From the NCBI RefSeq assembly GCF_001644705.1, contig NZ_CP015137.1:4050001-4082000 (forward strand): a stretch of DNA of 32,000 bases. Direction: 5' to 3'. Each line of letters starts with the position of its first letter. Positions within the stretch are counted from its first letter, which is position 1. Below the pieces are notes generated by a model. It worked only from the letters and a program-made list of their open reading frames with translations. It did not search any database and was not told where the DNA came from. This DNA is from Dickeya solani IPO 2222 (GTDB lineage Bacteria; Pseudomonadota; Gammaproteobacteria; Enterobacterales; Enterobacteriaceae). A program made the translations under genes and the position numbers. Positions 9,252 to 18,751 of the stretch are shown here, one piece after another.

Positions 9252-9775
9252 GGTATTTCCTTTAATCAACAAGAGTGATGAGTTAAATAGAGAGGTCACA
9301 TCCCGATTCTGCATTCCGGTTTCAACGGGTCAGCGAGAACATTCAGCGGCACCCTGAATTGTGGTTACGTGACAGCCCGACCCAACTTGTTAAAGAGCAA
9401 TACCGGCCCCGGACGACTACACGTCCATAAAGCTCGCCAGGGGAAGGTGGCCGGGTTAGCGTGCAATAGTTCATTCGGGTGGGAAATGGGAAAATCAAAA
9501 AGGAAATAAGAGAGAAAATGAGTGGCGTGATAATTACTTGACGGAATGAGTGTATTAGATTTGTTTTAATTGAAGCTATTGTAGCTCATGGATATACCTA
9601 ATCTGACAGATAGCTCAGTGCCAGAAGCAGATGTTGATCATATCAGGATGTCTGAAACGCATTACCAGTTAACAGACGGCATACCTTGCTTAACTTAATC
9701 GTTTGTGCAGACATGCCAGTACCCTTTTTTTTCTCAAAATAACTATTCGGTGCTCAGAGTATAATGTGCGTAGGG

Positions 9776-9799
9776 CTGCCTTATCGTAAAATAAGGCAG
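9776..9799 (-). terminator. Stem-loop just downstream of the NAD(P)H oxidoreductase gene
   Basis: A perfect 9-bp stem (ctgccttat / ataaggcag) with a 6-nt loop lies 18 nt past the stop at 9817. There is no strong U-tract, so terminator function is uncertain. Confidence 0.4.
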
Positions 9800-9816
9800 T
9801 GTTGCATTACTTTGAA

Positions 9817-10332
9817 TTACGCCAGTACCGAACGGTAATTTACGACCTGTGCTGCAATGTCTTCGTCACTGAGATTTGGGCTACTGCCTGTAATAAAGGA
9901 TTTGAGAGATTGCATACTGGTGTATTTCGCGATCGTTTCAAATGACAGCAAGTATTCCCCAACCGTATGCCCTATATCTCCGTCAGTCTGATAGGCTGAT
10001 TCAGGGCCACCGAGCGAAACGGCCAGCATGAGTTCTTTGCCGACCAATGCGTCACCTCCACTGCCATAGGCCCAGCCATAGGTCAGCACATCGTCAAGCC
10101 ATTGCTTGAGCAGGGAGGGTGTGCTGTACCATTGCATTGGGAACTGCAGTACAATTCGTTGAGAGTTTTCAAGCGTTGCCTGTTCAGCTGCAACGCCAAT
10201 TTTTCCGTCAGGATAAATATCGTACATATAGCGAACGTCCACGCCTGAGATATTTTCCATGCCTTTAGCCAGTGCTGAATTTACGCGTGACTGCGTAATA
10301 TTAGGGTGAAAAACTAATACAGTTGTCTTCAT
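9817..10332 (-). CDS. Flavodoxin-like-fold NAD(P)H (quinone) oxidoreductase (general stress protein 14 / YwrO / KefF-like)
   Basis: The product reads MKTTVLVFHPNITQSRVNSALAKG...QFPMQWYSTPSLLKQWLDDVLTYGWAYG, which is the family signature. The start at 10332 follows AGGA. Confidence 0.8.
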   Translation of the reverse strand: MKTTVLVFHPNITQSRVNSALAKGMENISGVDVRYMYDIYPDGKIGVAAEQATLENSQRIVLQFPMQWYSTPSLLKQWLDDVLTYGWAYGSGGDALVGKELMLAVSLGGPESAYQTDGDIGHTVGEYLLSFETIAKYTSMQSLKSFITGSSPNLSDEDIAAQVVNYRSVLA

Positions 10333-10351
10333 TTGTTGTTCCTGTGTTGGT

Positions 10352-11317
<966 letters not shown>

Positions 11318-11376
11318 GCTGAATTCCTCATCTTAACTGAGAGTTAACGATATGATTTGGGGGATAACCCGATGAA

Positions 11377-12243
11377 TTATGTTGCCGCGGGGGCCGAGCC
11401 AAAGCGGCTTTCTGGCAATCCAGCAAAAAATGGTGACCGGATACTGAAAAGTGCACCGTCATATGCGGTTGGTTCAGTAAGTCCAACACGTGCACTGGTG
11501 CAAAAAAGCGTGTTCAGTGACGAACCGCCGAGCACCGGGCAGGTAGTCTGGATGGCAGGAGCAGACAGAATACTGTGCGCTTCCCCCTCTGGGCTGTAAC
11601 GAACAACCCGACTGCCGCCCCATTCGGCGTTCCACAGATAACCCTGTGCATCAATGCAGGAACCATCAGGTGCGCCGCCACCTTCGACTTCAGTAAAAAT
11701 TCGCTGATTGCGGAACGTATGATAATCACAGCAAAAAATGCGCCCCTGCATGGAATCGCTGTAATACATGGTGCCTCCATCTGGGCTAAAGCAGATGCTG
11801 TTAGGGATGGTCACAGCAGGCAGGTTCAGTGTCTCCGTTTCCAGAGTGGCAGCGTTCAGCCTGTGAAATTTGCCAATGGCCTGCACAGGATTGCCGTCGT
11901 GCATCGTGCTAAATACGAAGTTTCCTGCGCGATCGCAGCGGCCGTCATTAATACGCGTACCTGGTGCACCGGGTGAGGCGGCAACCATGGTAAACATCCC
12001 GCTCTGAAGATCGTAATAACCCAGGCAGGATTCGAAACCCATCAGCAGTAGGTGTTCTTCATCGGTCAGCGCAAATGAGCCGAGGCGTTCCGGTAAGGGC
12101 CAACGGCTGATTTCTTCACTGTCTTCCTGGATGGCGAGTAATTCACTCCCCTCAATATCTGTCCAGTACAGGCGACGTGTCCTTTCGCACCAGAGGGGAC
12201 ACTCTCCCAGTTCATTGCTGGCATAAGCTGCAATAGTAAGCAT
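11377..12243 (-). CDS. SMP-30/gluconolactonase/LRE family protein
   Basis: ECPLWCERTRRLYWTDIEG, RINDGRCDRAGNF and PDGSCIDAQGYLWNAEWGG are typical beta-propeller lactonase motifs. Confidence 0.85.
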   Translation of the reverse strand: MLTIAAYASNELGECPLWCERTRRLYWTDIEGSELLAIQEDSEEISRWPLPERLGSFALTDEEHLLLMGFESCLGYYDLQSGMFTMVAASPGAPGTRINDGRCDRAGNFVFSTMHDGNPVQAIGKFHRLNAATLETETLNLPAVTIPNSICFSPDGGTMYYSDSMQGRIFCCDYHTFRNQRIFTEVEGGGAPDGSCIDAQGYLWNAEWGGSRVVRYSPEGEAHSILSAPAIQTTCPVLGGSSLNTLFCTSARVGLTEPTAYDGALFSIRSPFFAGLPESRFGSAPAAT

Positions 12244-12325
12244 TGTTTATTACCTTAGAGAGGCGGGGATTCCCTGCCTTAAAGTGGATAAGTTTCTGAC
12301 GCCACGGGCGTATGAGTTTTCTCTG

Positions 12326-12799
12326 TCAGCTCAGAAAACGTTGTGACAGGCGATCGCCAAAGAGCATGACGGCAAGCCCGGCCAGCATGACCAGCATTCC
12401 CCCCAGCCTGAGCAACGAAACCGGCCTTCGTATGGCGCCCAGCAGACCAAAATGGTCAATCATCTGTGATGAAAGTAACTGTCCGACAATCGCCAACCCG
12501 AGCAGGGCTGAAAATCCGATTTTTGGCGCGAGTACGACATAGCTGAATAGAGCGCAGGCCCCGATCAGGCCTCCCGCCAGACTCCACAACGGTTGTGACG
12601 GAATTGCCGCAAGCGAAGTAAATAATCCCCCGCGCAGCAGTGAATAAATCCCAAGGCTGAACGCTCCGGCAGCGAAGGAAAACAACGCGGCGGTGACGGG
12701 ATCGCCCCCGAGCCCTCGTGCCAGTTGGCTGTTCAGGGTGGTCTGCAGGGTGATCCCGAGACCTGCTGCAAAAGCGATTGCGTAATAAATCATGCTCAT
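12326..12799 (-). CDS. DMT-superfamily membrane protein (DUF606 / YdcZ-like)
   Basis: The 157-aa protein is very hydrophobic with about 5 TM helices, and its N-terminus GLGITLQTTLNSQLAR resembles YdcZ. Confidence 0.7.
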   Translation of the reverse strand: MSMIYYAIAFAAGLGITLQTTLNSQLARGLGGDPVTAALFSFAAGAFSLGIYSLLRGGLFTSLAAIPSQPLWSLAGGLIGACALFSYVVLAPKIGFSALLGLAIVGQLLSSQMIDHFGLLGAIRRPVSLLRLGGMLVMLAGLAVMLFGDRLSQRFLS

Positions 12800-12810
12800 G
12801 CGTTTACCTG

Positions 12811-14208
12811 TCAGTGTGCCTGCTCCAGGGGCAGGAAGGTTTCCGCAAAAATGTCAGGCTCATATCCGGCGGCGGCAAACAGATGCTCACGCGATTCATC
12901 AATGGCTGCACGAAGACGCGTGCTGTCCACGCCCAGGACTTTGCCGTTCTGCTTGACGATGCGTCCGCCGATCATGACGGTATCGATGTTGCTGCGCTCC
13001 GTCGCATGTACCACCGTGCCAAAGGCATTCCCGGACGGGTAGAGGTTGATGTCGCCGGCGTTAATCAGGATCAGGTCAGCCTGTTTGCCTGGCGTCAGGC
13101 TGCCAACTTTGTCCTGCAACCCTGCACAGGCCGCACCGTCGACGGTCGCTGCTTTAAGGAGCTGTGCTGCCGGAAGCGATTTGAGCGAATTTGCGGAATT
13201 GCAGCAGTGCTGCTGATGCATGCCCATTACCCGCTGCAGGTAAAATGCCACGCGCATTTCCATAAACATGTCGGCACTGTAGGACGTTTCGTTATCAACG
13301 CTCAGGCCTGGGTTGATGCCGTGACGCTGCGCAGCATGAATGGCAAACATACCGTCTTCGATGCCATAGTGCGCATCGGAGCGGGGACAGACGTTCACGC
13401 GAACACCAGCTTCCCGCAAGATCTTCCATCCCTCGTCAGGCAGCGCCGTGCAGTGATTGAAAATATTATCTGGGCCAAGAAGCCCCTGCTGATGCAGCGA
13501 TTCAAGCTCAGAGGCCATTTCAGCGCCAAAGAATTCAGTGACGATTGGCAGCCCCAGCCTGCGGGCCTCGGCCCACAACTCTGGCTCCAACTGAGCCATG
13601 ACACCAAGAGTAACAAGCCCTTCGGGGTTGTTTTTGAAATACTTTTCCTGCAGGCGTTGCCAGTTGCCCGGCCAGTGCGCTCTGTCCCATTCGCCTGATA
13701 CCGGCGCACCGGAGGCATGGACCGCGCGAATGCCCGAATCAATCAGGGCCTCTACGGCGGCGTCCGAATGCGCAGCGGTGCGGCTGTTGTGTGAATTATC
13801 AATCACGGTGGTTATACCCGCGTCAATAGCTCCCAGGGCAGTCAGCAGGTTACCAACGTAGATATCGGCAGGGCGGTAGTATTTGGCGAAAGAGAAGTGC
13901 GTGGCGTTGCTGTAGTCGTCCAGACAGGTGGCATTAGGGTTGATGCGGCGCAACTGACCTTCCCATGAGTGACGATGAGAATCCACCATCCCCGGTATGG
14001 CAATCATGTTCGTGGCATCTATTACGCGCGCATCCTGTACGTCCAGGTTCTGACCTACGGCGGTAATGGTTGAACCACTGATAAGGATGTCGCCGCGTTC
14101 AATGTTACCCACGCTGTCATCCATACTCAGTATCGTTGCGCCTCGAATCAACGTCACCGGTGGGTTTACAGTCTGGTTATTAACAATGTTTCTGATGTAA
14201 TCGGTCAT
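12811..14208 (-). CDS. Amidohydrolase-superfamily metal-dependent hydrolase (deaminase-like)
   Basis: The 465-aa product has the HxH metal motif in GMVDSHRHSWEG and later His/Asp ligands (NHCTAL, SVDNE). Its substrate is unknown. Confidence 0.85.
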   Translation of the reverse strand: MTDYIRNIVNNQTVNPPVTLIRGATILSMDDSVGNIERGDILISGSTITAVGQNLDVQDARVIDATNMIAIPGMVDSHRHSWEGQLRRINPNATCLDDYSNATHFSFAKYYRPADIYVGNLLTALGAIDAGITTVIDNSHNSRTAAHSDAAVEALIDSGIRAVHASGAPVSGEWDRAHWPGNWQRLQEKYFKNNPEGLVTLGVMAQLEPELWAEARRLGLPIVTEFFGAEMASELESLHQQGLLGPDNIFNHCTALPDEGWKILREAGVRVNVCPRSDAHYGIEDGMFAIHAAQRHGINPGLSVDNETSYSADMFMEMRVAFYLQRVMGMHQQHCCNSANSLKSLPAAQLLKAATVDGAACAGLQDKVGSLTPGKQADLILINAGDINLYPSGNAFGTVVHATERSNIDTVMIGGRIVKQNGKVLGVDSTRLRAAIDESREHLFAAAGYEPDIFAETFLPLEQAH

Positions 14209-14289
14209 TTAAACTGCCTCTTTCCTGATAATCAGGAAAACGATACGTCACGCAATTAATGCAAAAAAGATGCTTATACCGTTTTCATA

Positions 14290-14306
14290 ATTCATAATCT
14301 GCGAAT
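14290..14306. promoter_or_regulatory. Candidate LysR-type binding box (T-N11-A inside an ATTC-N9-GAAT dyad)
   Basis: The sequence attcataatctgcgaat lies in the 131-bp divergent intergenic region between the amidohydrolase operon and the LysR gene. Confidence 0.4.
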
Positions 14307-14339
14307 AATAGAGTTCACTGTCTGTCGGAGAGAGGGAAA

Positions 14340-15224
14340 ATGGATCGTATTCAGGCGATGCAGGTCTTTATACGAGTGGCTGAAGCCGGAAGCTTCGTGC
14401 GGGCGGCAGAAGCGCTTTCACTGCCTTCTTCAACGGTTACCAGCACGATTAAAAGTCTTGAGAAATATCTGCAGGTGCGCCTGCTTAACCGGACAACGAG
14501 GCGGGCCAGCCTTACCCCAGAAGGTTTGCAGTATCTCGGTGAGTGCAGGGAAATTCTCTCATTAATCGAACATGCGGAATCCGGCCTGAAGGATTCCGTC
14601 AGGCGACCACAGGGGCGTCTGCGAGTTGATATGCCGGGTGGGGTAGCCCATTTCATTGTTATGCCAAACCTGAAAGACTTTTACCGGCTTTATCCTGATA
14701 TTTACCTGATGATTGGGGTAAGCGATCGACAGGTCAATCTCGTCCAGGAGGGCGTGGACTGCGTAATCAGGACGGGGGAGCTGAATAACTCTACGCTTGT
14801 GGCCCGTCCGCTTGGCCGTTTTCGGTGGATCACTTGTGCCTCACCGGACTATCTCAGGGAGTATGGGATTCCTGATAGCCCTGAGGAGTTGTCACAGCAT
14901 CGGGCCATTCACTACTTTTCCGGCTCTGCCAGGCGTGCGGATGAACTGCATTTCCTGCGTGGTACCGAGACTTTATCCGTGCCAGTAAAGGGAAATGCAG
15001 CCGTTAACGAAACGGGACTCTATATTAAAATGTGTCTTGAAGGTTTTGGGCTGGCACAGCTTGCTGAAAGCATCGTCTTTGAGAATCTTCAGGAAGGGAG
15101 ACTTGTTGAGGTTATGGCTGACTGGCAGCCGCCATCAGTCCCGGTCACATTACTTTATCCGCATCAGCGTTTTCTTTCTCCGGCAGTTCGCGCGTTTGCT
15201 GACTGGATTGCCAGGATTCTTTAA
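14340..15224 (+). CDS. LysR-family transcriptional regulator
   Basis: The N-terminal HTH (MDRIQAMQVFIRVAEAGSFVRAAEALSLPSSTVTSTIKSLEKYLQVRLLNRTTR) is followed by a LysR substrate-binding domain. The gene is divergent from the five-gene operon. Confidence 0.9.
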   Translation: MDRIQAMQVFIRVAEAGSFVRAAEALSLPSSTVTSTIKSLEKYLQVRLLNRTTRRASLTPEGLQYLGECREILSLIEHAESGLKDSVRRPQGRLRVDMPGGVAHFIVMPNLKDFYRLYPDIYLMIGVSDRQVNLVQEGVDCVIRTGELNNSTLVARPLGRFRWITCASPDYLREYGIPDSPEELSQHRAIHYFSGSARRADELHFLRGTETLSVPVKGNAAVNETGLYIKMCLEGFGLAQLAESIVFENLQEGRLVEVMADWQPPSVPVTLLYPHQRFLSPAVRAFADWIARIL

Positions 15225-15444
15225 AGCGCTTATGCCAATTATGCTAACGTCCGCTTTAACCTGCGTGTTGAATCCATCGTTTGAACTCACAGCTCATTGC
15301 TGACTGTCAGGTTAATCGTGTTCTAACAAAGAACACTTCCAGAGCAAGTTTGAGCCAACAATGATAAGTAATAATGGCAGCAGTTTCCTATTCAGTCTTT
15401 CACTGCATAAAATATGCATAGTAATTGATTCAGATAATAAAAAG

Positions 15445-15472
15445 CGCGCAGAGAAAAATATTTCTCTGCGCG
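15445..15472 (-). terminator. Rho-independent terminator downstream of the traR-like gene
   Basis: A 12-bp perfect stem (cgcgcagagaaa / tttctctgcgcg) has a 4-nt loop. On the minus strand it is followed by CTTTTTATTAT. Confidence 0.75.
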
Positions 15473-15487
15473 TATATCTACATATTA

Positions 15488-15697
15488 TCAGCGTTGACGG
15501 CGTTCAATAATAGTCTGGCATTCTGTACAGGTTGTCACGCCCGCCAGCGTTTGCCGCCGTTTTTCGGGAATAGGTTCACCGCACAAACGACAGTAATGTA
15601 ATGAGGGCGTAGTTGCTGGCTTGAAACGGTTCTGTTCAATCATCTCTTCCAGGCGTTGCTCATTAAATTCCTGATCGCGATCGATCTCATCCGGCAT
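15488..15697 (-). CDS. TraR/DksA-family C4 zinc-finger protein
   Basis: The 69-aa product carries CRLCGEPIP...CTECQ (a CxxC-N17-CxxC pattern), typical of phage and ICE TraR proteins. Confidence 0.8.
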   Translation of the reverse strand: MPDEIDRDQEFNEQRLEEMIEQNRFKPATTPSLHYCRLCGEPIPEKRRQTLAGVTTCTECQTIIERRQR

Positions 15698-16271
15698 GTG
15701 ATGTCCTCCTGTTCAGTGCTTCCTTTTCGCAAAGGGTGATACGGTTCCAGACAACGGTGAGCGAAGGCCCTTCCTCCCGCGACGATAACGCTTCAGTGAC
15801 CTGCATCATCACTTCCAGTGCGTCAGGCGTTTCAAGGTTTTCAGCGCGATTCTTCTGCCATAACCGCCAGATTTCGGCATCAATGGCTTCATCGGGGATG
15901 GGCGTTCGGCCATAAGGGATGGTGACACCCAATAATCGGCGGCGAGTGCAGACCTCGTTTGAGGTGAGGCCAAAAAAGTGGTGCAGCAGGGCGATGGATC
16001 CTCCCAGTCTGATGGCCCGGTTAATCTGTTGTTGGCGCAGCGCTTCCTTGCGGGATAACGCCAGAATCTGCTGTAGGACGTCATGGCGGACAGTCACTGC
16101 CATAAATTGCGCCGATACCCGGCTGACAATAAACAGTTCGTCGAGGGATAGATGATTGAGGGCATTTAATTCGTCAAAGGTGAATCCTAACGTTTCACAA
16201 TAATGAAAATTACCGTCCTTGAGCGCAGCAAGGGCGTGTGTTAATACCGCGTAATTCAGAGAGGGGATCAT
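15687..16271 (-). CDS. DUF2857-like protein (family seen in SPI-7/PAPI-1-type islands)
   Basis: MIPSLNYAVLTHALAALKDGNFHYCETLGFTFDELNALN...RLGGSIALLHHFFGLTSNEVCTRRRLLGV matches my recollection of the DUF2857 pattern. This was not verified by a search. Confidence 0.55.
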   Translation of the reverse strand: MIPSLNYAVLTHALAALKDGNFHYCETLGFTFDELNALNHLSLDELFIVSRVSAQFMAVTVRHDVLQQILALSRKEALRQQQINRAIRLGGSIALLHHFFGLTSNEVCTRRRLLGVTIPYGRTPIPDEAIDAEIWRLWQKNRAENLETPDALEVMMQVTEALSSREEGPSLTVVWNRITLCEKEALNRRTSHAG

Positions 16272-16287
16272 AAGACGATATCCTCCA

Positions 16288-16482
16288 TCAGCGCGTTAAG
16301 CGGTTAGCTAATTTGAAGTTAATCCATTCGTCAATTTCAGATTCGAGCCAGGCGACGCTGGCAGGACCAATCTTTATTGAGGCCGGAAAGGTTCCGTCTT
16401 TCATATACAAATAGATTTGCGAGCGCTTCAGGCCGGTTTTTTCTTCCACTTGTCTCAGACGTAATAACTGATGCGATGTCAT
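16288..16482 (-). CDS. alpA: AlpA-family transcriptional regulator / excisionase-like protein
   Basis: The product reads MTSHQLLRLRQVEEKTGLKRSQIYLYMKDGTFPASIKIGPASVAWLESEIDEWI. The start at 16482 follows GGAGG. Confidence 0.8.
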   Translation of the reverse strand: MTSHQLLRLRQVEEKTGLKRSQIYLYMKDGTFPASIKIGPASVAWLESEIDEWINFKLANRLTR

Positions 16483-17157
16483 AAGTTCCTCCAGTGCAGA
16501 ATGGTGTATGCCCGGAGAAGACAAAAAAACACAGCGAGGGACGGAGTGAAAGTTGATGAGCCCGTATTACGGATATCACCATCCTTAATACGGGTTTTTA
16601 GACAGTATCGCGGAATTGTTTTTCTATAATTCAGCGTTTATTTAACCAGAAGAAGTCTTTCATGTGGTTCGGTGCAATTTTTCCGATGACTGCTGGGCGC
16701 TGATTTCTCCCCTGCTGTCACTGATGTCAATGGAAAACCCTTTACAACCGGTTTAATCGATAGTTTAAAATTGGAATAATACATTTTATTCTCAATATAT
16801 TATTTCAGGTCATTGGTTGACTGGGATACCAGCGCGTTGGAGGGGTAACACTATTTCAGCCAGTTAATTCAAGGTGCTGGAGCGGGAACTGTAATCTCGG
16901 TCAGTGCCGGTACGACAAGGGTTGTAGGCGGTTGTATTGTTGCCACCCTAGTCATATTGATCTGACAAGGAATGTTTATTGACTGGTCGGCCATTATCGC
17001 CAGTCTGGCAGGTGCGGAAGTCGGGTTGAGTACACGCTGGGGGAGCCTGACGCTGAACTCGTTACTGGTGACCAGCATGTCCTATTGACTGATGAAAGCC
17101 TGTACCCGCTATACGCTGAGAACCGCTGGTTGCCAAATTAAAAGACAGAGCCTAATC

Positions 17158-17415
17158 CTAACCACTCCTTTTGCTGCGAAATAACTCAAGCACGTCTTGC
17201 GCAAACTGATCATCCACTATATAGAAATAGCATTCCGGTACGTCTAGTACGCGAGCAAACTCGCACACCAGCTCGAAGGTCGGCTTGTGCGTACCGTTTT
17301 CATAGTGAGACAAGCGTGAGTAAGCCGTAGCTTCTTCAAGCCCGGCCAGTACACCCAGTTTTTCCTGAGTGAGTTTAGCGTGTAAGCGTGCTTCTTTGAG
17401 TCTTTTGGGGATCAT
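17158..17415 (-). CDS. XRE/cI-type HTH repressor, paralog A
   Basis: The HTH reads RLKEARLHAKLTQEKLGVLAGLEEATAYSRLSHYENGTHKP. The protein is clearly paralogous to the product of 17529..17807. Confidence 0.8.
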   Translation of the reverse strand: MIPKRLKEARLHAKLTQEKLGVLAGLEEATAYSRLSHYENGTHKPTFELVCEFARVLDVPECYFYIVDDQFAQDVLELFRSKRSG

Positions 17416-17444
17416 GCCGTGCTCCCAATGAGGATTTCACGGAG

Positions 17445-17491
17445 ATCTTTAGCATTGCTCAATAGAATTTATCTTTAGAGTTCATAAAGAT
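17445..17491. promoter_or_regulatory. Operator pair upstream of XRE paralog A
   Basis: ATCTTTAGAGTTCATAAAGAT (17471..17491) is a perfect ATCTTTA-N7-TAAAGAT dyad. A half-site-bearing copy, ATCTTTAGCATTGC, starts at 17445. The 47-bp layout is the same as at 17839..17885. Confidence 0.6.
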
Positions 17492-17528
17492 GGTGATTTG
17501 TATTTATAGGGATCGCTAATTATTTCAA

Positions 17529-17807
17529 TTAATTAGATTTGTTTTTTCTCCACTGAACCAACTCGCCAGCATGCAACTTCAGCATGGCTTCAGCAAAGCT
17601 GTCATCCAGCGTGTAGAAGTATCCTTCCGGTACATCCAGTATTTTGGCAAACGTGCATATCAGCTCAAATTTTGGTTTGTGCCTGCCATTCTCATAGTGT
17701 GACATTCTTGAGTAGCCCGTCTCCTCAGAAATCCCGGCGGCTATCGCCAGTTCTTCCTGTGAAATCTTTGCACGTTCTCTTGCGGCTCTTAGACGCTGCG
17801 GAACCAT
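17529..17807 (-). CDS. XRE/cI-type HTH repressor, paralog B
   Basis: The HTH reads RLRAARERAKISQEELAIAAGISEETGYSRMSHYENGRHKP. The gene is divergent from the ner-like gene. Confidence 0.8.
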   Translation of the reverse strand: MVPQRLRAARERAKISQEELAIAAGISEETGYSRMSHYENGRHKPKFELICTFAKILDVPEGYFYTLDDSFAEAMLKLHAGELVQWRKNKSN

Positions 17808-17838
17808 AACGTTTCCTGTTATTGGTTATATTGACATC

Positions 17839-17885
17839 ATCTTTAGCATTCCTTAAGATGAATCATCTTTAGACTTACTAAAGAT
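17839..17885. promoter_or_regulatory. Operator pair in the divergent XRE-B / ner-like promoter region
   Basis: ATCTTTAGACTTACTAAAGAT (17865..17885) is a perfect 8-bp-arm palindrome. ATCTTTAGCATTCCTTAAGAT (17839..17859) is a near-palindrome. Confidence 0.6.
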
Positions 17886-17940
17886 AACATTCATCCACTT
17901 ATCCTTATCGGACTTCAAGTCTTTGAATGAGGTAAATCAA

Positions 17941-18228
17941 ATGGTTAAAATCGATTGGCATTCTGCCGACATTATCGCCAGGCTTCACAAACGGGGAACC
18001 ACGATGGCCGCCGTGTCGCGGGCGGCGGGGTTGAATTCCTCAACGCTGGGTAATGCGCTTATCCGTCCGTGGCCTAAAGGGGAGCAACTGATTGCCGAGG
18101 CGCTGGGAGTGCCGGCCTATGAGATTTGGCCGAGCCGTTATTTTGACGAACAGGGGCGGTTAATCCCACGGGCTCCCCGTTCTCAGCTTCGGCATACTCA
18201 GGAAAAACACCCTCCTGCCGACAGTTAG
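17941..18228 (+). CDS. Ner/Nlp(SfsB)-family DNA-binding protein
   Basis: MVKIDWHSADIIARLHKRGTTMAAVSRAAGLNSSTLGNALIRPWPKGEQLIAEALGVPAYEIWPSRY closely parallels Mu Ner and E. coli Nlp. The ATG at 17941 is preceded by GAGG. Confidence 0.8.
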   Translation: MVKIDWHSADIIARLHKRGTTMAAVSRAAGLNSSTLGNALIRPWPKGEQLIAEALGVPAYEIWPSRYFDEQGRLIPRAPRSQLRHTQEKHPPADS

Positions 18229-18505
18229 CCACGCCTGTGCCGGGCCGGGTTGAGAAAGGAAGCAATAGGCGTGTCTCTTTAATGCCTGAGTCAACACCTG
18301 TCAGTGTGATTTCTGTTCAGCCTTATTCTGTTTTATCTCTGTATTCTGTGGCCCGATGCTATCGGGCCAGTCTTCATTCATGAGGCACGGATATACCCGT
18401 CGGTTTTCGTCGAACTCAATAAGTCGAGGAGTGGATGACGGAGGAAATGCAGGATAGGGGGAATGACTTTGATAGTACCGGTTTGTGCCATCAGCTCTAA
18501 TTGCG

Positions 18506-18751
18506 TCAGAGTTTAGCGGCAGCAAAAAGTTGTTCCAGACTCCACTCAAGCGCATCCGCAATGCGTAACAAATTCAGCAGGGTAACGTTGCGTTCACCTC
18601 GCTCGATTCGGCCCATGTGGCTGCGATCAATACCTGTAGCACTTGCCAGATTTTCCTGCGACAAACCAAGAAATTCTCTCCGCTGACGGATGGTTTGTCC
18701 CAAAAGTGGCAAGGCGTGAGCAGGATCGTTTTTTCCGGAAACTCGTTGCAT
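18506..18751 (-). CDS. XRE-family HTH protein (antitoxin-like)
   Basis: GQTIRQRREFLGLSQENLASATGIDRSHMGRIERGERNVTLLNLLRIADAL is a classic HTH_3 sequence. Confidence 0.7.
   Translation of the reverse strand: MQRVSGKNDPAHALPLLGQTIRQRREFLGLSQENLASATGIDRSHMGRIERGERNVTLLNLLRIADALEWSLEQLFAAAKL

Noticed and set aside
9315-9816. The AT-rich intergenic region between the virB operon head and the metabolic cargo, examined for IS ends, direct repeats matching 15225..15487, or an oriT-like nick region.
   Set aside because: I could not find terminal inverted repeats, flanking direct repeats or a convincing relaxase-type inverted repeat by eye. It probably holds the virB promoter, but no specific element is supported.
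12778-13698. A 306-aa plus-strand ORF opposite the amidohydrolase gene.
   Set aside because: The minus-strand product has the amidohydrolase HxH motif and a full-length architecture. The plus-strand translation has no recognisable features.
16869-17078. A 69-aa minus-strand ORF (MLVTSNEFSVRLPQRVLNPTSAPARL...) in the gap between alpA and the XRE genes.
   Set aside because: It has no convincing Shine-Dalgarno spacing (AGGAC abuts the ATG), no recognisable family, and a Pro/Thr-rich tail. It might be real, but the sequence alone does not support it.
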